The notes: generated by a model from the letters alone, not told the origin. A stretch of 57,788 bases of DNA from Sphingomonas sp. (GCA_040508955.1 JBEVLV010000191.1:1-57788); one strand, 5' to 3'. Counted from the first letter of the stretch, positions 20,198-30,504 are shown. Program-made: numbers and translations.

Positions 20198-21484
20198 TCA
20201 CGCCCGCACCGCGCGCCGCGCGTAGACGGCGATGATGGCGAAGCAGGCCGCCGGCAGCAGCAGCGCGGGGGACAAGGTGCCCGCCTCGACCGCGATGAAC
20301 CCCATGATCGGCGGGAAGATGGCTCCCCCGATGATCGCCATGATGATGCAGGACGAGCCCAGGGGCCTGGCGGGGCCCAGGCCCTCGACGCCCAGCGCGA
20401 AGATGGTGGGGAACATGATCGACATGAAGAAGCTCACGAGGATCAGCGCACCTACGGCGGTCCAGCCGGAAGCGAGCGCCGCGACGGTGCAGAGGGCGAC
20501 ATTGGCGAGGGCATAGAGGCCGAGCAGCGCGGCGGGGCGCATCCGGGTCATGAGCGCGGTGCCCGAAAAGCGGCCGATCATGAAGAGGACGAGGCTGGCC
20601 GACAGCAAGAAGGCGGCCTGGCGTTCGGAAACCCAGGGGGTCGCATCCTTCACGAAGTCGATGAAATAGCTCCAGATCCCGACCTGCGCGCCGACGTAGA
20701 AGAACTGGGCGACGACCGCGCCGGTGAGCGGCCGGTGGCGAAGGAGCTGGCGGAACTGCACGCCAAGGGGCGCATCCGCCGCCTCGCGTGCATCGGGCAT
20801 GCGCGCGATCGCGACGGCGGCCGCCACTGCCAGCGCGGCAATGGCGAGCAACAGATAGGGAAGCTGGACGGTCGTGGCCTCGCTGGCGCGATAGGCGGCC
20901 AGTTCCACCGGATGCATCGCGCGCAAGGTCGCGTTGGAATGCTCGACGCCGGAGAAGATCAGCATGCCGCCGATGACCGGGGCGAGACATGCGCCGAGTC
21001 CGTTGAAGGCTTGCGCGAGGTTGAGGCGCTGGACCGCGGTCTCGGGCGCGCCGAAACAGCCGACATAGGCGTTGGCGGTCGTCTCCAGGCACGCGGCGCC
21101 GGCGGCGATGACGAACAGAGCGAAGAGGAACATGTCGAAGCTGAGCATCAGCGACGCGGGAAAGAAGAGCAGCGCCCCGGTCGCATAGAGTCCGAGGCCG
21201 ATAAGGATGCCCGCCCGATAGCCCAGCCGACGCGCCACCAGGCCCGCGGGCAGGGCGATCACGAAATATCCGATATAGAAGACGAACTGGATGAAGCCGG
21301 CCTGCGCCCGGTCCAGTCCCAGCGATTTCTGGAATTGCCGGATCAGGATGTCGTTGAAATTATTCGCCAGCGCCCAGAGGAAGAACAGGCTGACGATCAG
21401 AGCGAAGCCCCAGCGATACGAAGACAGGATGAACCCGCTTTTCGCTTCGCCGACGGGTCGTGTGGTGTTTGCTCCGGTCGCCAC
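20198..21484 (-). CDS. fucP: FucP-like MFS sugar:H+ symporter
   Basis: SLFFLWALANNFNDILI, LETTANAY, RLNLAQAFNGLG, AQFFYVGAQVG, MSIMFPTIF, MAIIGGA. Confidence 0.88.
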   Translation of the reverse strand: MATGANTTRPVGEAKSGFILSSYRWGFALIVSLFFLWALANNFNDILIRQFQKSLGLDRAQAGFIQFVFYIGYFVIALPAGLVARRLGYRAGILIGLGLYATGALLFFPASLMLSFDMFLFALFVIAAGAACLETTANAYVGCFGAPETAVQRLNLAQAFNGLGACLAPVIGGMLIFSGVEHSNATLRAMHPVELAAYRASEATTVQLPYLLLAIAALAVAAAVAIARMPDAREAADAPLGVQFRQLLRHRPLTGAVVAQFFYVGAQVGIWSYFIDFVKDATPWVSERQAAFLLSASLVLFMIGRFSGTALMTRMRPAALLGLYALANVALCTVAALASGWTAVGALILVSFFMSIMFPTIFALGVEGLGPARPLGSSCIIMAIIGGAIFPPIMGFIAVEAGTLSPALLLPAACFAIIAVYARRAVRA

Positions 21485-21527
21485 GATTTTCCTCTCCTTT
21501 TTTGATCGCTCCCTCTCGACGGAGGGT

Positions 21528-22529
21528 TCAGCGCAATTCTTCGTCCAGCAGTCCTTCGGCGCGTAGCGTTTCCCAGAAAGCGGGCGGTATCGGATGGCGC
21601 GCCAGAGCGACCGATTGCACGATCTGTGCGGCGCTTCCGGTTCCGATGAGCGCCGTCGTCACGCCCGGATGGCTGAGCACGAACTGCAACGCGGCGGCGG
21701 GCAGCGGCACGTCGTGCAGGGCGCAGCATCGTTCGATCGCCGCGACCCGTTGCACGATGTGCTCCAGTGCCGGCGCATAGTCGTAATACGGCGTGGCGCC
21801 CCGTGCGCCGGTCGCCAATATTCCGGAATTGAACACGCCCGCTGCGGCGATACCGATACCGCGCTGGCGGCATTCGTCGAAGAAGGTCGCTCCGCCCTGG
21901 TTGAGCAGGGTGTACCGCCCCGCGATCATGAGGACGTCGAGATCGGCGTGACGGAGGCTCTCCGCGCAGATCTCGATCTCGTTCACGCCCAAGCCGATCG
22001 CGGAAACCACGCCCTGGTCCCGCAACGCCTGCATCGCCCTGAAGCCGCCGTTCAAGGCTTGCGCGAAGGTGCGCTCGTGATCCGCGCCATGAGTTGCGTG
22101 TCCCAGGTCGTGCATGTAGAGAATGTCGATCCGGCTCAGGCCGAGCCGGTGCAGGCTGGCCTCCGCCGACCGCATCACGCCATCATAGCTGTAATCGAAC
22201 ACGGGGTCGAAAGGCATCGGCGACTGGAAGCCGAACCTATCGGGTGCCGCCTCGCCCGGCCCCAGCAGGCGCCCCACCTTGGTGGAGAGGAGGAACTGGT
22301 CGCGCGGGCGGCGGCGCAGCGCGTCGCCGAGCCGCCTTTCGCTGAGGCCGAAGCCGTAGAAGGGCGCTGTGTCGAAGTAGCGCACGCCCTGTTCCCAGGC
22401 CGCATCGACCGTGGCCCTGGCGCTTTCCTCGTCGACCTCACGATACAGATTGCCGAGCGAGGAGGCGCCGAAGCCCAGGGGCCCGCTGGTGCCTAGGCGG
22501 TCGAGAAAAGCGGCTCTGGCGGATGTCAT
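21528..22529 (-). CDS. Aldo/keto reductase, L-fucose/L-galactose (D-threo-aldose) dehydrogenase type
   Basis: GFGASSLGNLY, YFDTAPFYGFGLSERRLG, LSTKVGR, FDYSYDG, AIGLGVN, AGRYTLL, GVFNSGILA. Confidence 0.88.
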   Translation of the reverse strand: MTSARAAFLDRLGTSGPLGFGASSLGNLYREVDEESARATVDAAWEQGVRYFDTAPFYGFGLSERRLGDALRRRPRDQFLLSTKVGRLLGPGEAAPDRFGFQSPMPFDPVFDYSYDGVMRSAEASLHRLGLSRIDILYMHDLGHATHGADHERTFAQALNGGFRAMQALRDQGVVSAIGLGVNEIEICAESLRHADLDVLMIAGRYTLLNQGGATFFDECRQRGIGIAAAGVFNSGILATGARGATPYYDYAPALEHIVQRVAAIERCCALHDVPLPAAALQFVLSHPGVTTALIGTGSAAQIVQSVALARHPIPPAFWETLRAEGLLDEELR

Positions 22530-22541
22530 GGCTGCCCGGTC

Positions 22542-23552
22542 TCAAAAGGTTACGATGGCTTTCAGCACGTGATCGGCCCCGTCGATCAGTTCCGGGACGC
22601 GCGCGGGCATTTCGTCGACGTCCAGGCTGTGCGTATGGAGCGCGTCCGTGGGAATCCTGCCCTCCTGGATCGCTTGCTTCACGCGGTCGAAATCGGCGGC
22701 GAGCGCATTCCGGCTCGCAAGTAGCGTCGTCTCGCGCTTGTGAAATTCGGGGTCTTCGAAAACGAGATTTCCGGGTGCCACGCCGACCAGCACCAGCGTC
22801 CCGCCATGTGCGACGTAGTTCAGGCTCTGCGCCATCGCGCCAAGCGAACCGGTGGCGTCGAACACGAAGTCGAACATGTCGCCACCGCTGAGCTCGGCCA
22901 GCTGGGCATCGAGCCCGGGACCGGCTTCCGCCGTCACCTCGAAGCCCAGCCGCTCGCGGGCATAAGCCAGCCTCGAGGTCCGGGTGTCGACCAGCGTGAC
23001 GGTCGCGCCGTTGAGGCGGGCGAACAGGGCGGCGGCGATGCCGATCGGCCCTGCACCCACGACCAGCGCCCGATCCGTCGCGCCGATGCGTGAGCGCGCG
23101 ACCGCATGCGCGCCAATCGCCAGGAACTCGAGCATCGCGGCCTGATCGATCGTCAGGCCGGTGGCATCGATGACGGCGCCTTCCGGCACGGCGAGCAGCT
23201 CAGCCATGCCGCCGTCCGCATGCACGCCGAGCACGCGGATATTCGTGCAGGCATTGGGCTTGCCCCTGCGGCAGGCCACGCAGGCCCCGCAGGCGAGATA
23301 CGGATTGATCGCCACCATCTGTCCCGCCCGAAAGGCGGATCCGGGCGCGGTATGTTCGACCTCTCCGGCGAGCTCGTGCCCCATGACCCTGGGATAGGCC
23401 AGGAACGGATGGCGCCCCGCGAAGATGTGATAATCCGTGCCGCACAGGCCCACGCGCCGGATGCGTACGAGCAGCTCGCCGGGGCCCGCGACGGGCTCCG
23501 GCCGATCCTCGATGCCGAGGCTATAGGGTTCGCGACAGACGACAGCCTTCAT
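22542..23552 (-). CDS. Zinc-dependent alcohol dehydrogenase (L-galactonate 5-dehydrogenase-like)
   Basis: GLCGTDYH, GHE, CxxCxxC...C, EFLAIGAHAV, GAGPIG, DPEFHKRETTLLASRNA. Confidence 0.85.
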   Translation of the reverse strand: MKAVVCREPYSLGIEDRPEPVAGPGELLVRIRRVGLCGTDYHIFAGRHPFLAYPRVMGHELAGEVEHTAPGSAFRAGQMVAINPYLACGACVACRRGKPNACTNIRVLGVHADGGMAELLAVPEGAVIDATGLTIDQAAMLEFLAIGAHAVARSRIGATDRALVVGAGPIGIAAALFARLNGATVTLVDTRTSRLAYARERLGFEVTAEAGPGLDAQLAELSGGDMFDFVFDATGSLGAMAQSLNYVAHGGTLVLVGVAPGNLVFEDPEFHKRETTLLASRNALAADFDRVKQAIQEGRIPTDALHTHSLDVDEMPARVPELIDGADHVLKAIVTF

Positions 23553-23591
23553 CCGGCACTCCTTGCCCGATCCTGGGCTGACGCACTAGAC

Positions 23592-23612
23592 GTTGATTAT
23601 CATATATGCAAC
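23592..23612. promoter_or_regulatory. Palindromic putative IclR operator in divergent promoter
   Basis: GTTGATTAT-CATATATG-CAAC; CATATATG core at 23601-23608 within a 73-bp divergent gap. Confidence 0.45.
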
Positions 23613-23625
23613 TTAACGAGCGCAT

Positions 23626-24474
23626 ATGCGAATAGACGCTCATCACCATCTCTGGCGCTATGATCCCGCTTCGTTCGGCTGGATCGCCGGGGATTCGGCA
23701 ATCGCACGCGATTTTTCGGTATCCGATCTAAGCGCTGCCCTGGCGACGGCGAAGATCGATGGCGCGATTGCCGTCCAGGCCCGGCAGAGCGAGGGTGAAA
23801 CCGACTTCCTCCTCGAGGCTGTGGCGGGCTGCAGCGGCATCATCGGCGTGGTGGGATGGACCGATCTCCGCGCGCCGGAAATCGAAGCGCGACTGCAGGC
23901 ACGGGCGAATCCGTTGCTGGTGGGGTATCGGCATGTCGTGCAGGACGAACCCGATGCCGATTTCCTGCTCGCGGGAGACTTCGTCCGGGGCGTCCGCACC
24001 GTCACGGAACGGTCGTTGACCTACGACCTGCTGGTCAATCACCGCCAGCTTCCGACCGTTCCGGCGTTTCTCGATCGCGTGGGAGCAGGTCGCTTCGTGC
24101 TCGACCATGCGGCGAAGCCCGCGATCGCCGCCGGCGGGTGGCAGCCCTGGGCGGACGATATCGCTGCCGTGGCGGAATATCCCCATGTCTGGTGCAAGGT
24201 TTCCGGCCTAGTCACCGAAGCCGATCACGCGGCCTGGCGGCCGGCCGATATCGAGCGCTATCTCGTCCACATCTTCGACCGGTTCGGGCCAGACCGGCTG
24301 ATCTGGGGCTCGGACTGGCCGGTCTGCCTGCTCGCCGCGCCTTATGCCGCGGTGCACGACCTGATCGCCGATTTCGTTTCGCGGCATTGTCCCGCATCCG
24401 CCGCTCGGATTTTTGGCGGTAACGCAATCCGGGCCTATGCGCTGGAAGCTGCGACCTCCGAGGGGCGAGCGTGA
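23626..24474 (+). CDS. Amidohydrolase-family sugar lactonase (COG3618, L-fucono/L-galactono-lactonase-like)
   Basis: IDAHHHLW, AVQARQS, GVVGW, RHVVQDEPD, LDHAAKP, CKVSGLVTE, WGSDWPV. Confidence 0.9.
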   Translation: MRIDAHHHLWRYDPASFGWIAGDSAIARDFSVSDLSAALATAKIDGAIAVQARQSEGETDFLLEAVAGCSGIIGVVGWTDLRAPEIEARLQARANPLLVGYRHVVQDEPDADFLLAGDFVRGVRTVTERSLTYDLLVNHRQLPTVPAFLDRVGAGRFVLDHAAKPAIAAGGWQPWADDIAAVAEYPHVWCKVSGLVTEADHAAWRPADIERYLVHIFDRFGPDRLIWGSDWPVCLLAAPYAAVHDLIADFVSRHCPASAARIFGGNAIRAYALEAATSEGRA

Positions 24475-27131
24475 CGGTGTCTTTGCGGAATACCGGCTGG
24501 GCGTTATCTCGGCGATCGTTTCTGCTCGCTGGCGCGGCTGGATTGGCGGCAGGCCGAAGCGCATTCGCAGCGCCGGCGGTCGCGGTTCCGGACCTGGTCG
24601 TCCGCGACGGCGATCTCTCGATATCGATCGAGGCGCTGAGCGAGCGGGCCTTTCGCGTTCGCGTCACCCCCGATCCCGGTCGCGCAGCGTCGCCCAGCGA
24701 AATGCTCGCCCCGCTTGTGCAACGCCCATCGGTCCGGCGAAGCCGCGAAGGGGGCAGGGTCCGCCTGTCCGTCGCGCACGCCCGGTGCGAATGGGATCCG
24801 GCGACGGCATGCCTGTCCTTCCATGACGCTACCGGAACGCTGCTGCTCGCGGAGAGCCCGGCATCGCGCCGGGTGGAGGCAAGCGCCGTTGGCGGCGCGC
24901 CGACATTGGCGGTGGCGCAGGGCTTCGCGAGCCCTCGCGACGAGCGCCTGTACGGCACCGGCTGTTTCCAGGACGGGCATCTCGACATTCGCGGCCTCCC
25001 GCGACGCCTGACCCAGGTCAACACGCAGATCAGCCAGCCCTTCCTCCTCTCGAGCAAGGGCTATGGGCTGCTCTGGCACAACCCGGGCATGGCGGAGATC
25101 AATCGTCCCGACCAGGCGATCGCGCTAGCGCGTCGGCGGAGCGAGGGCGCGGCGCAGGCGGCCGACGTCACCACCACCGCGGGCAATGCCCGGGTCGAAC
25201 GGCGGGATGCGGTGTTCACCGGACGCTTCTCCGTGGGGCGGGGTGGCAGCCATGCCTTCTTCCTCGACCTTGGCCGCAAGATGGCTTCGCGCCACTATGT
25301 CGAGATCGACGGCAAGACGGTTACCGACCACGCCAATCTATGGCTGCCCCCGACCGCCAGTTTTCTCTGCGATCTGGCCCCCGGAGAGCACAGCGTCTTG
25401 ATCCGGGCGAATGACGAAGACATGCCGGTGCTCACTTTCGCACCGGTGGAGGATCGCACCACCTGGTCGTCGCCGGTGTCGGAAGGCATCGACTATGTGG
25501 TGATCGCGGGCCCGTCCGCGGGCGAGGTGATGGCCGGATATCACGCGCTTCTCGGCCCCCAGCCGATGCTGCCGCTCTGGGCGCTGGGCTATATCCATTG
25601 CCGCGAGCGCTTCCACTCCTCGGACGAGATCCTCGCCACCGCCCGCGAGTTCCGCCGGCGCAAGCTGCCCTGCGACATGATGGTCCAGGACTGGCAGTAT
25701 TGGGGCAAATATGGCTGGAACGCCATGCGCTTCGACGAGGCGCACTATCCCGATCCGGCCGCGTTGGTGCGAGCGCTGCACGCCATGGACATGGGGTTGA
25801 TGCTCTCGGTCTGGTCCAAGGTGGGCAAGGAGACCGAGCTGGGCAGGGCGGTGGCGGCGCGGAATTTCTACATTCCCGGCACCGAATGGATCGATTTCTT
25901 CAATCCCGAAGCCGCCCGCTTCTACGCACAGGCACAGACCCGACGGCTCGCTTCGCTCGGCATCGATGCCTGGTGGCAGGACGCGACCGAACCGGAAAAT
26001 GACGATCTGGTCGGCCGCACCATCTTCGCCGCGCCCGGCCGGACGCAGCCGGGCGAGATGCGGCGGAACGTCTATCCGCTCCAGGTCAGCCGAACCGTGT
26101 ACGAAGCCCAGCGCCGGGCCTATCCCGACAAGCGGGTCATGATCCTGACCCGCTCGGCCGCGCCGGGGCAGCAACGCTATGGCGCCGCGACCTGGTCGGG
26201 CGACATCGGCAACGACTGGGAGACGCTGCGGCGCCAGATACCGGCCGGGCTCAACATGGCTGCTGCCGGCCAGCCCTGGTGGACCGTCGATGCCGGCGGC
26301 TTCTTCCGCCCGGGCGAGGGACAATATCAGGACCCGGCCTATCGGGAGCGGTTCCTGCGCTGGTTCCAGTTCGCGACGTTCCTGCCCATGCTGCGGGTGC
26401 ACGGCTACATGACCGACACCGAATTCTGGCGCTATGGCGAAACGGTCGAGCGGATCGCGCGCACCTATCTCGAGCTGCGTTACCGGCTGCTGCCCTACAG
26501 CTATGCGCTCGCCGCGGACGCCTCTGCGCATGGGATGCCGCTCATTCGTCCGCTGGTGTTCGACTTTCCCGATGACGCCGCGGCGTTGGACGAGGCGCAC
26601 GCCTATATGTTCGGTCCGGCGCTGCATGTCGCGCCCGTGCTCGCCCCGGATGCGCGCAGCTGGGACGTGTATTTGCCGCGGTCGGCCGGCGGCTGGTACG
26701 ACTTTTGGACCGGCGAACATCGCGACGGCGGCGAAACGCATCGGGTCGATTCGCCGCTCGATCGGATTCCGCTGCATGTCCGCGCGGGGAGCAATCTGCC
26801 TCTCGGGCCGATCGGACAATCGACTGCCGGGCTGCTTGGCCGCGACCTCGACCTGCTGGTCTATTCCGGGCGCGACGGTGTTGCTTCGCTCTACGAGGAT
26901 GACGGCGCCTCCTATCGATACGAAGACGGCGCCTTCGCGCGCACCGCGCTGACATGGGATGATGCGGCGCACATGCTGTCGATCGGGCGGCGGCAGGGTG
27001 GCTTTCCCGGTCTGCGGCCCCAGCGCCGGCTCACCTTCCGTCGGATGGGAGCGGGCTCGGGGGCGCTCGACGCGGGTGCAGGCATCGACATGCACTATAC
27101 CGGTGCCGCGGCACGACTGCCTCTGCGCTGA
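24471..27131 (+). CDS. GH31 glycosidase (alpha-xylosidase-like), Tat-exported
   Basis: SRRSFLL Tat motif; QVNT...PFLLSSKGYGLLW; VQDWQYW; WWQDATEP (nucleophile Asp); WSGDI (acid/base Asp); RWFQF; LYEDDG; GTGA overlap with upstream gene. Confidence 0.92.
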   Translation: MTVSLRNTGWALSRRSFLLAGAAGLAAGRSAFAAPAVAVPDLVVRDGDLSISIEALSERAFRVRVTPDPGRAASPSEMLAPLVQRPSVRRSREGGRVRLSVAHARCEWDPATACLSFHDATGTLLLAESPASRRVEASAVGGAPTLAVAQGFASPRDERLYGTGCFQDGHLDIRGLPRRLTQVNTQISQPFLLSSKGYGLLWHNPGMAEINRPDQAIALARRRSEGAAQAADVTTTAGNARVERRDAVFTGRFSVGRGGSHAFFLDLGRKMASRHYVEIDGKTVTDHANLWLPPTASFLCDLAPGEHSVLIRANDEDMPVLTFAPVEDRTTWSSPVSEGIDYVVIAGPSAGEVMAGYHALLGPQPMLPLWALGYIHCRERFHSSDEILATAREFRRRKLPCDMMVQDWQYWGKYGWNAMRFDEAHYPDPAALVRALHAMDMGLMLSVWSKVGKETELGRAVAARNFYIPGTEWIDFFNPEAARFYAQAQTRRLASLGIDAWWQDATEPENDDLVGRTIFAAPGRTQPGEMRRNVYPLQVSRTVYEAQRRAYPDKRVMILTRSAAPGQQRYGAATWSGDIGNDWETLRRQIPAGLNMAAAGQPWWTVDAGGFFRPGEGQYQDPAYRERFLRWFQFATFLPMLRVHGYMTDTEFWRYGETVERIARTYLELRYRLLPYSYALAADASAHGMPLIRPLVFDFPDDAAALDEAHAYMFGPALHVAPVLAPDARSWDVYLPRSAGGWYDFWTGEHRDGGETHRVDSPLDRIPLHVRAGSNLPLGPIGQSTAGLLGRDLDLLVYSGRDGVASLYEDDGASYRYEDGAFARTALTWDDAAHMLSIGRRQGGFPGLRPQRRLTFRRMGAGSGALDAGAGIDMHYTGAAARLPLR

Positions 27132-27182
27132 AGCCGCGGGATGCCCCAGGTCGACCCCGCACTGGTCGGTCGGCGCGGCGCT

Positions 27183-30176
27183 CTAGATGCGCGTCGCGTA
27201 CAACGCGTCATGGGTAAGGATGTAGAGCGTGTGCCCATCGCTGCCGCCGATCACCAGTTGCAGCGGCCGCTTTGGCACGTCGATCCGGCCTACCTGGTTT
27301 CCGGCCGGGCTGTAGACGAACACCTGACCGTTGGCGACGTAGAGGTTGCCAGCCGAATCCCGCGCGACGCTTTCGCCGCCGCGTTCGGCCACGATCTTGA
27401 GGTCGGTGACGGTGCCGTTGGCACCGACCAGGCCGCTATAGGTGCGGTTCTCCGAGCCGTTCGTCAGGAACACGCGCTCGCCCGGTCGAGCGGTCACCAG
27501 TCCATGGGCGTCGAGCGTGTCGGACCAGCGCCAGCCCTGATGGTCGTCCGGTCCCTGGTTCCAGACGCGGAAGGCGGGGAGGACCAGCGAGCCGTCCGGC
27601 GATACATATTCCTTCGCCTTCGGGGCGGCCATCGCCCGGATGAAGAAGTCGGCCAGCGGCGGAAACTGATAGGTTGCGGGATCGATCCGGTCGGCGAACT
27701 CGCCATTGGCCCACATGTTGACCGGCAGCGCCGTGGCCGCACCGCTGCGCGGCTTCGCCGGAGTCGGCGCGATCACCCGCACGTCCGCGGGACTGGACGG
27801 ATCGATGCTGTAGACCGTCGCGTCGTGCCCGGCGGACGACAGGACCATCAGCCTGCCTGACCGGTCGATCGCGAGGTTCACCGGATCGAGCGGCGCATCC
27901 GCGACGATCGAAAGCCCTTCCTTCTCGGACCAGCCATGAATGCGCTGGAACTGCCGGTCGACGAAATAGAGTTTGCCCCTGGCATCCACCGCGGCGCCGG
28001 CGATCGAATAGAAACCGTCGGCGAGCTTCCTAACATCGGGGGACGCAGTCGGCTCGGCGCGCGCGACGGAGGCGCCGGCTGGCACGTCGAGCCGGGCGAA
28101 CTCGCGCTCGCGCACTTCGGTGTCGCCGGTCATGTCCTTGATCGCATTTTCGAACGGATATTTGCTGGCGCGCGTATAGGTGCCGCAGCCCTTGTCGTCG
28201 CAGCTGGCGAAGCCGCTCTCGGCGTTCACATGGACGTTGCGGAAGCGGATATCGCTGGAGTTGTAGAGCTTCACCGCCGCGTCCATCGGCTTGATCGATC
28301 GCGTGACGCGATAGCCGTGATAGTTGGCGAACAGGATGTTGCGTGAATTGCGGAACTCGGTGGAGATCGCATTCACGCCGTCGCGGACTTCCTGCTCGGT
28401 CTGTGGCGCGAGGAACTCCCAGTTCTCGACACCGTCGAGCACGATCTCGACGCGGTAGTGATGCTCGGCGGATAGCTCATAGACATGGCCGGGCGTCTTG
28501 GTGTCTGAGACGTAGAAGCCCGCCGAGGCCAATGTGTTGGGCGACCAGATCGCCGCGAAGGTGCCGCCGCCGCCATCGGTCACCCAGATGCTGGGGTGCT
28601 GGCCGTCGAAGCGTGCGCGGGGATCGCCGAAGCCGATAGGACTTCCCTTTGTAAGCAAAGTGCCGCCGCCGCCCTGGATCTTGACGTCGTTGACCATCGA
28701 CGCCTCGCCGGCCTTCCACAGCAGCGCGGTGGCGCGCGGATTGACCCCGCCGGTCCACAGGCCGATCCCGGAGACGATCGCATTGCCGCCGCGCGCGCTC
28801 TCGATCAGCGCCTTGGCGCTGCCGACGCCGCTATAGGCTGGCGTCTCGTCGGGCAGATAGAGATGGGTGAGGCTGGGATGCAGCGCGATCAGCACGCTGT
28901 CCGGCCGCAATTTGAGCGTGTCGGTAACGCGGTAGCGGCCCATCGGCAGATAGACGACGCGGTGGTTGTCGATCGCGCGCTGGAGCGCGGCGGTATCGTC
29001 GGTCTCGTCGTCGCCCCTCACGCCCAGCTCATGGGCATTGGCCCATTCGCTGACCGGCGGCAGTGCGCGGATCGCGGGCGCGGGCCGCGCCGGCATCCGC
29101 GCGAGCGGCGCCATCGTCACGTCGGTGGCGAACGCGCCCATCGCGCCGAGGCCCGGCAGTTTCAGGCCATGGGAAAAGTCGCTGACGCGGTATTGCCTGC
29201 CCTGTCCCGCGATCATCTTTCCGCTGTCGCGGAAGCGCGCGAAGACCGGGGTGTTCATCGCTACCGCATCGTCGAAGCCGATCTGGGTGAAGACGCTGTT
29301 CTCGTTCGAGATCACCACGCCCGCCTGCGAGACATTCTCGAATCGGACCTGCTTGCCCCATAGCGAGTCCGAATAGCCGCGATCGATCTCTATCCCGACG
29401 GGCACGTTGCGGATCGCGACGTTGACCAGCGTGAGGTCGACCTCATGCTCGCGGATCGCCGCGTCGCGTTGGCCCTCGAACTCCGAATCGATCAGCGTGA
29501 ACTGCCAGGCGGGCGAGGTCTTCTCGGTCAGGATCCCGTAGCGGCCGCCATAGAAGCGCAGGTCCTCGCATTCGTTGCCGGCCTGGTAGATGCCGGCCAG
29601 TCCCGAGCCGAGATGGAAATCGATATGGCGCAGAAAGCCATGCTGCGCGACGCGGAAGCGCACCGCGACGGCACCGGCATTGCCCTGGCCGATCTCGAAA
29701 TCGACGTTCGATAGTGCGGAGTAGAAAGTGCTCGAGGTCGCGTCGAAGATGTTCGGGTTCGCGGGCACGCTGGTGGGTGGCGGCACCGGCGCCTTGCCGG
29801 CGCGATACTGGTCCTCGCCGGTGAAGCTCACCATCGCCGCGACGCCTGCGCCGAAGCCGGTGGTATTGTCGCCGAGCATGATCACGGGCCGGGTGGCGCC
29901 CACGCCGAACATGCGCACGGCGGAGCGCACGAAGATCGTGCGGCTGATCCGGTACCGGCCCGAGGGCAGGAAGACGACCCCGCCATGGCCGCTCGCGGCG
30001 GCAGCATCGATGGCCTGCTGGATCGCGGCGCTGTCGTCGGCGCGGCCGTCGCCGACGCCCTTGACGGTGACGGCCCGCGGATCGTCCGGAGCGCTGAGAT
30101 ATACCGAGGTCGATCGGGCCAGGGCCGGGATGGGGGCGAGCAGCAGTGCCACGCAAAGCAGGCGGAACGCCTTCAT
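27183..30176 (-). CDS. Secreted double beta-helix (pectate_lyase_3/GH55-like) protein with C-terminal SMP-30-like beta-propeller, paralog A
   Basis: Signal peptide; two GDG..DD.AAIQ.AID...F/YLP.G.Y repeats; FYSALSN, RVAQ, SAEH...QTE; C-terminal VDARGKLYFVD / RDSAGNLYVA blades. Confidence 0.8.
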   Translation of the reverse strand: MKAFRLLCVALLLAPIPALARSTSVYLSAPDDPRAVTVKGVGDGRADDSAAIQQAIDAAAASGHGGVVFLPSGRYRISRTIFVRSAVRMFGVGATRPVIMLGDNTTGFGAGVAAMVSFTGEDQYRAGKAPVPPPTSVPANPNIFDATSSTFYSALSNVDFEIGQGNAGAVAVRFRVAQHGFLRHIDFHLGSGLAGIYQAGNECEDLRFYGGRYGILTEKTSPAWQFTLIDSEFEGQRDAAIREHEVDLTLVNVAIRNVPVGIEIDRGYSDSLWGKQVRFENVSQAGVVISNENSVFTQIGFDDAVAMNTPVFARFRDSGKMIAGQGRQYRVSDFSHGLKLPGLGAMGAFATDVTMAPLARMPARPAPAIRALPPVSEWANAHELGVRGDDETDDTAALQRAIDNHRVVYLPMGRYRVTDTLKLRPDSVLIALHPSLTHLYLPDETPAYSGVGSAKALIESARGGNAIVSGIGLWTGGVNPRATALLWKAGEASMVNDVKIQGGGGTLLTKGSPIGFGDPRARFDGQHPSIWVTDGGGGTFAAIWSPNTLASAGFYVSDTKTPGHVYELSAEHHYRVEIVLDGVENWEFLAPQTEQEVRDGVNAISTEFRNSRNILFANYHGYRVTRSIKPMDAAVKLYNSSDIRFRNVHVNAESGFASCDDKGCGTYTRASKYPFENAIKDMTGDTEVREREFARLDVPAGASVARAEPTASPDVRKLADGFYSIAGAAVDARGKLYFVDRQFQRIHGWSEKEGLSIVADAPLDPVNLAIDRSGRLMVLSSAGHDATVYSIDPSSPADVRVIAPTPAKPRSGAATALPVNMWANGEFADRIDPATYQFPPLADFFIRAMAAPKAKEYVSPDGSLVLPAFRVWNQGPDDHQGWRWSDTLDAHGLVTARPGERVFLTNGSENRTYSGLVGANGTVTDLKIVAERGGESVARDSAGNLYVANGQVFVYSPAGNQVGRIDVPKRPLQLVIGGSDGHTLYILTHDALYATRI

Positions 30177-30255
30177 GGTCTTCTCCCGGATGGGCTGATC
30201 GAAAATCAATGGCGCACGAATCGACGGATGAGAACCCGCCGCATATCATGTCGGC

Positions 30256-30504
30256 TCAGGCGTAGAGCGTGAAACTCTGCGCGGCGATCGCGACCTGCGT
30301 GCGGTTGCGCACGTTGAGCTTGCGCATCAGCGCCGTCATGTGCGCCTTCACCGTCGCCTCGGCGATCCCCAGCTCGAACGCGATCTGCTTGTTGAGCTGG
30401 CCCGAATGCACGCCCCGCATCACCTTGATCTGCGTCGGCGTCAACCGCACCGCCGGGCTCGCGTCATCCGAAACGCTGGGCATCTGGGATGGCAGCGCCG
30501 CCAT
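30256..30504 (-). CDS. Stand-alone LuxR/NarL-type HTH protein (no receiver domain)
   Basis: LTPTQIKVM...GQLNKQIAFELGIAEATVKAHMTALMRKLNVRNRTQ; only ~82-91 aa (alternative start 30531). Confidence 0.85.
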   Translation of the reverse strand: MAALPSQMPSVSDDASPAVRLTPTQIKVMRGVHSGQLNKQIAFELGIAEATVKAHMTALMRKLNVRNRTQVAIAAQSFTLYA

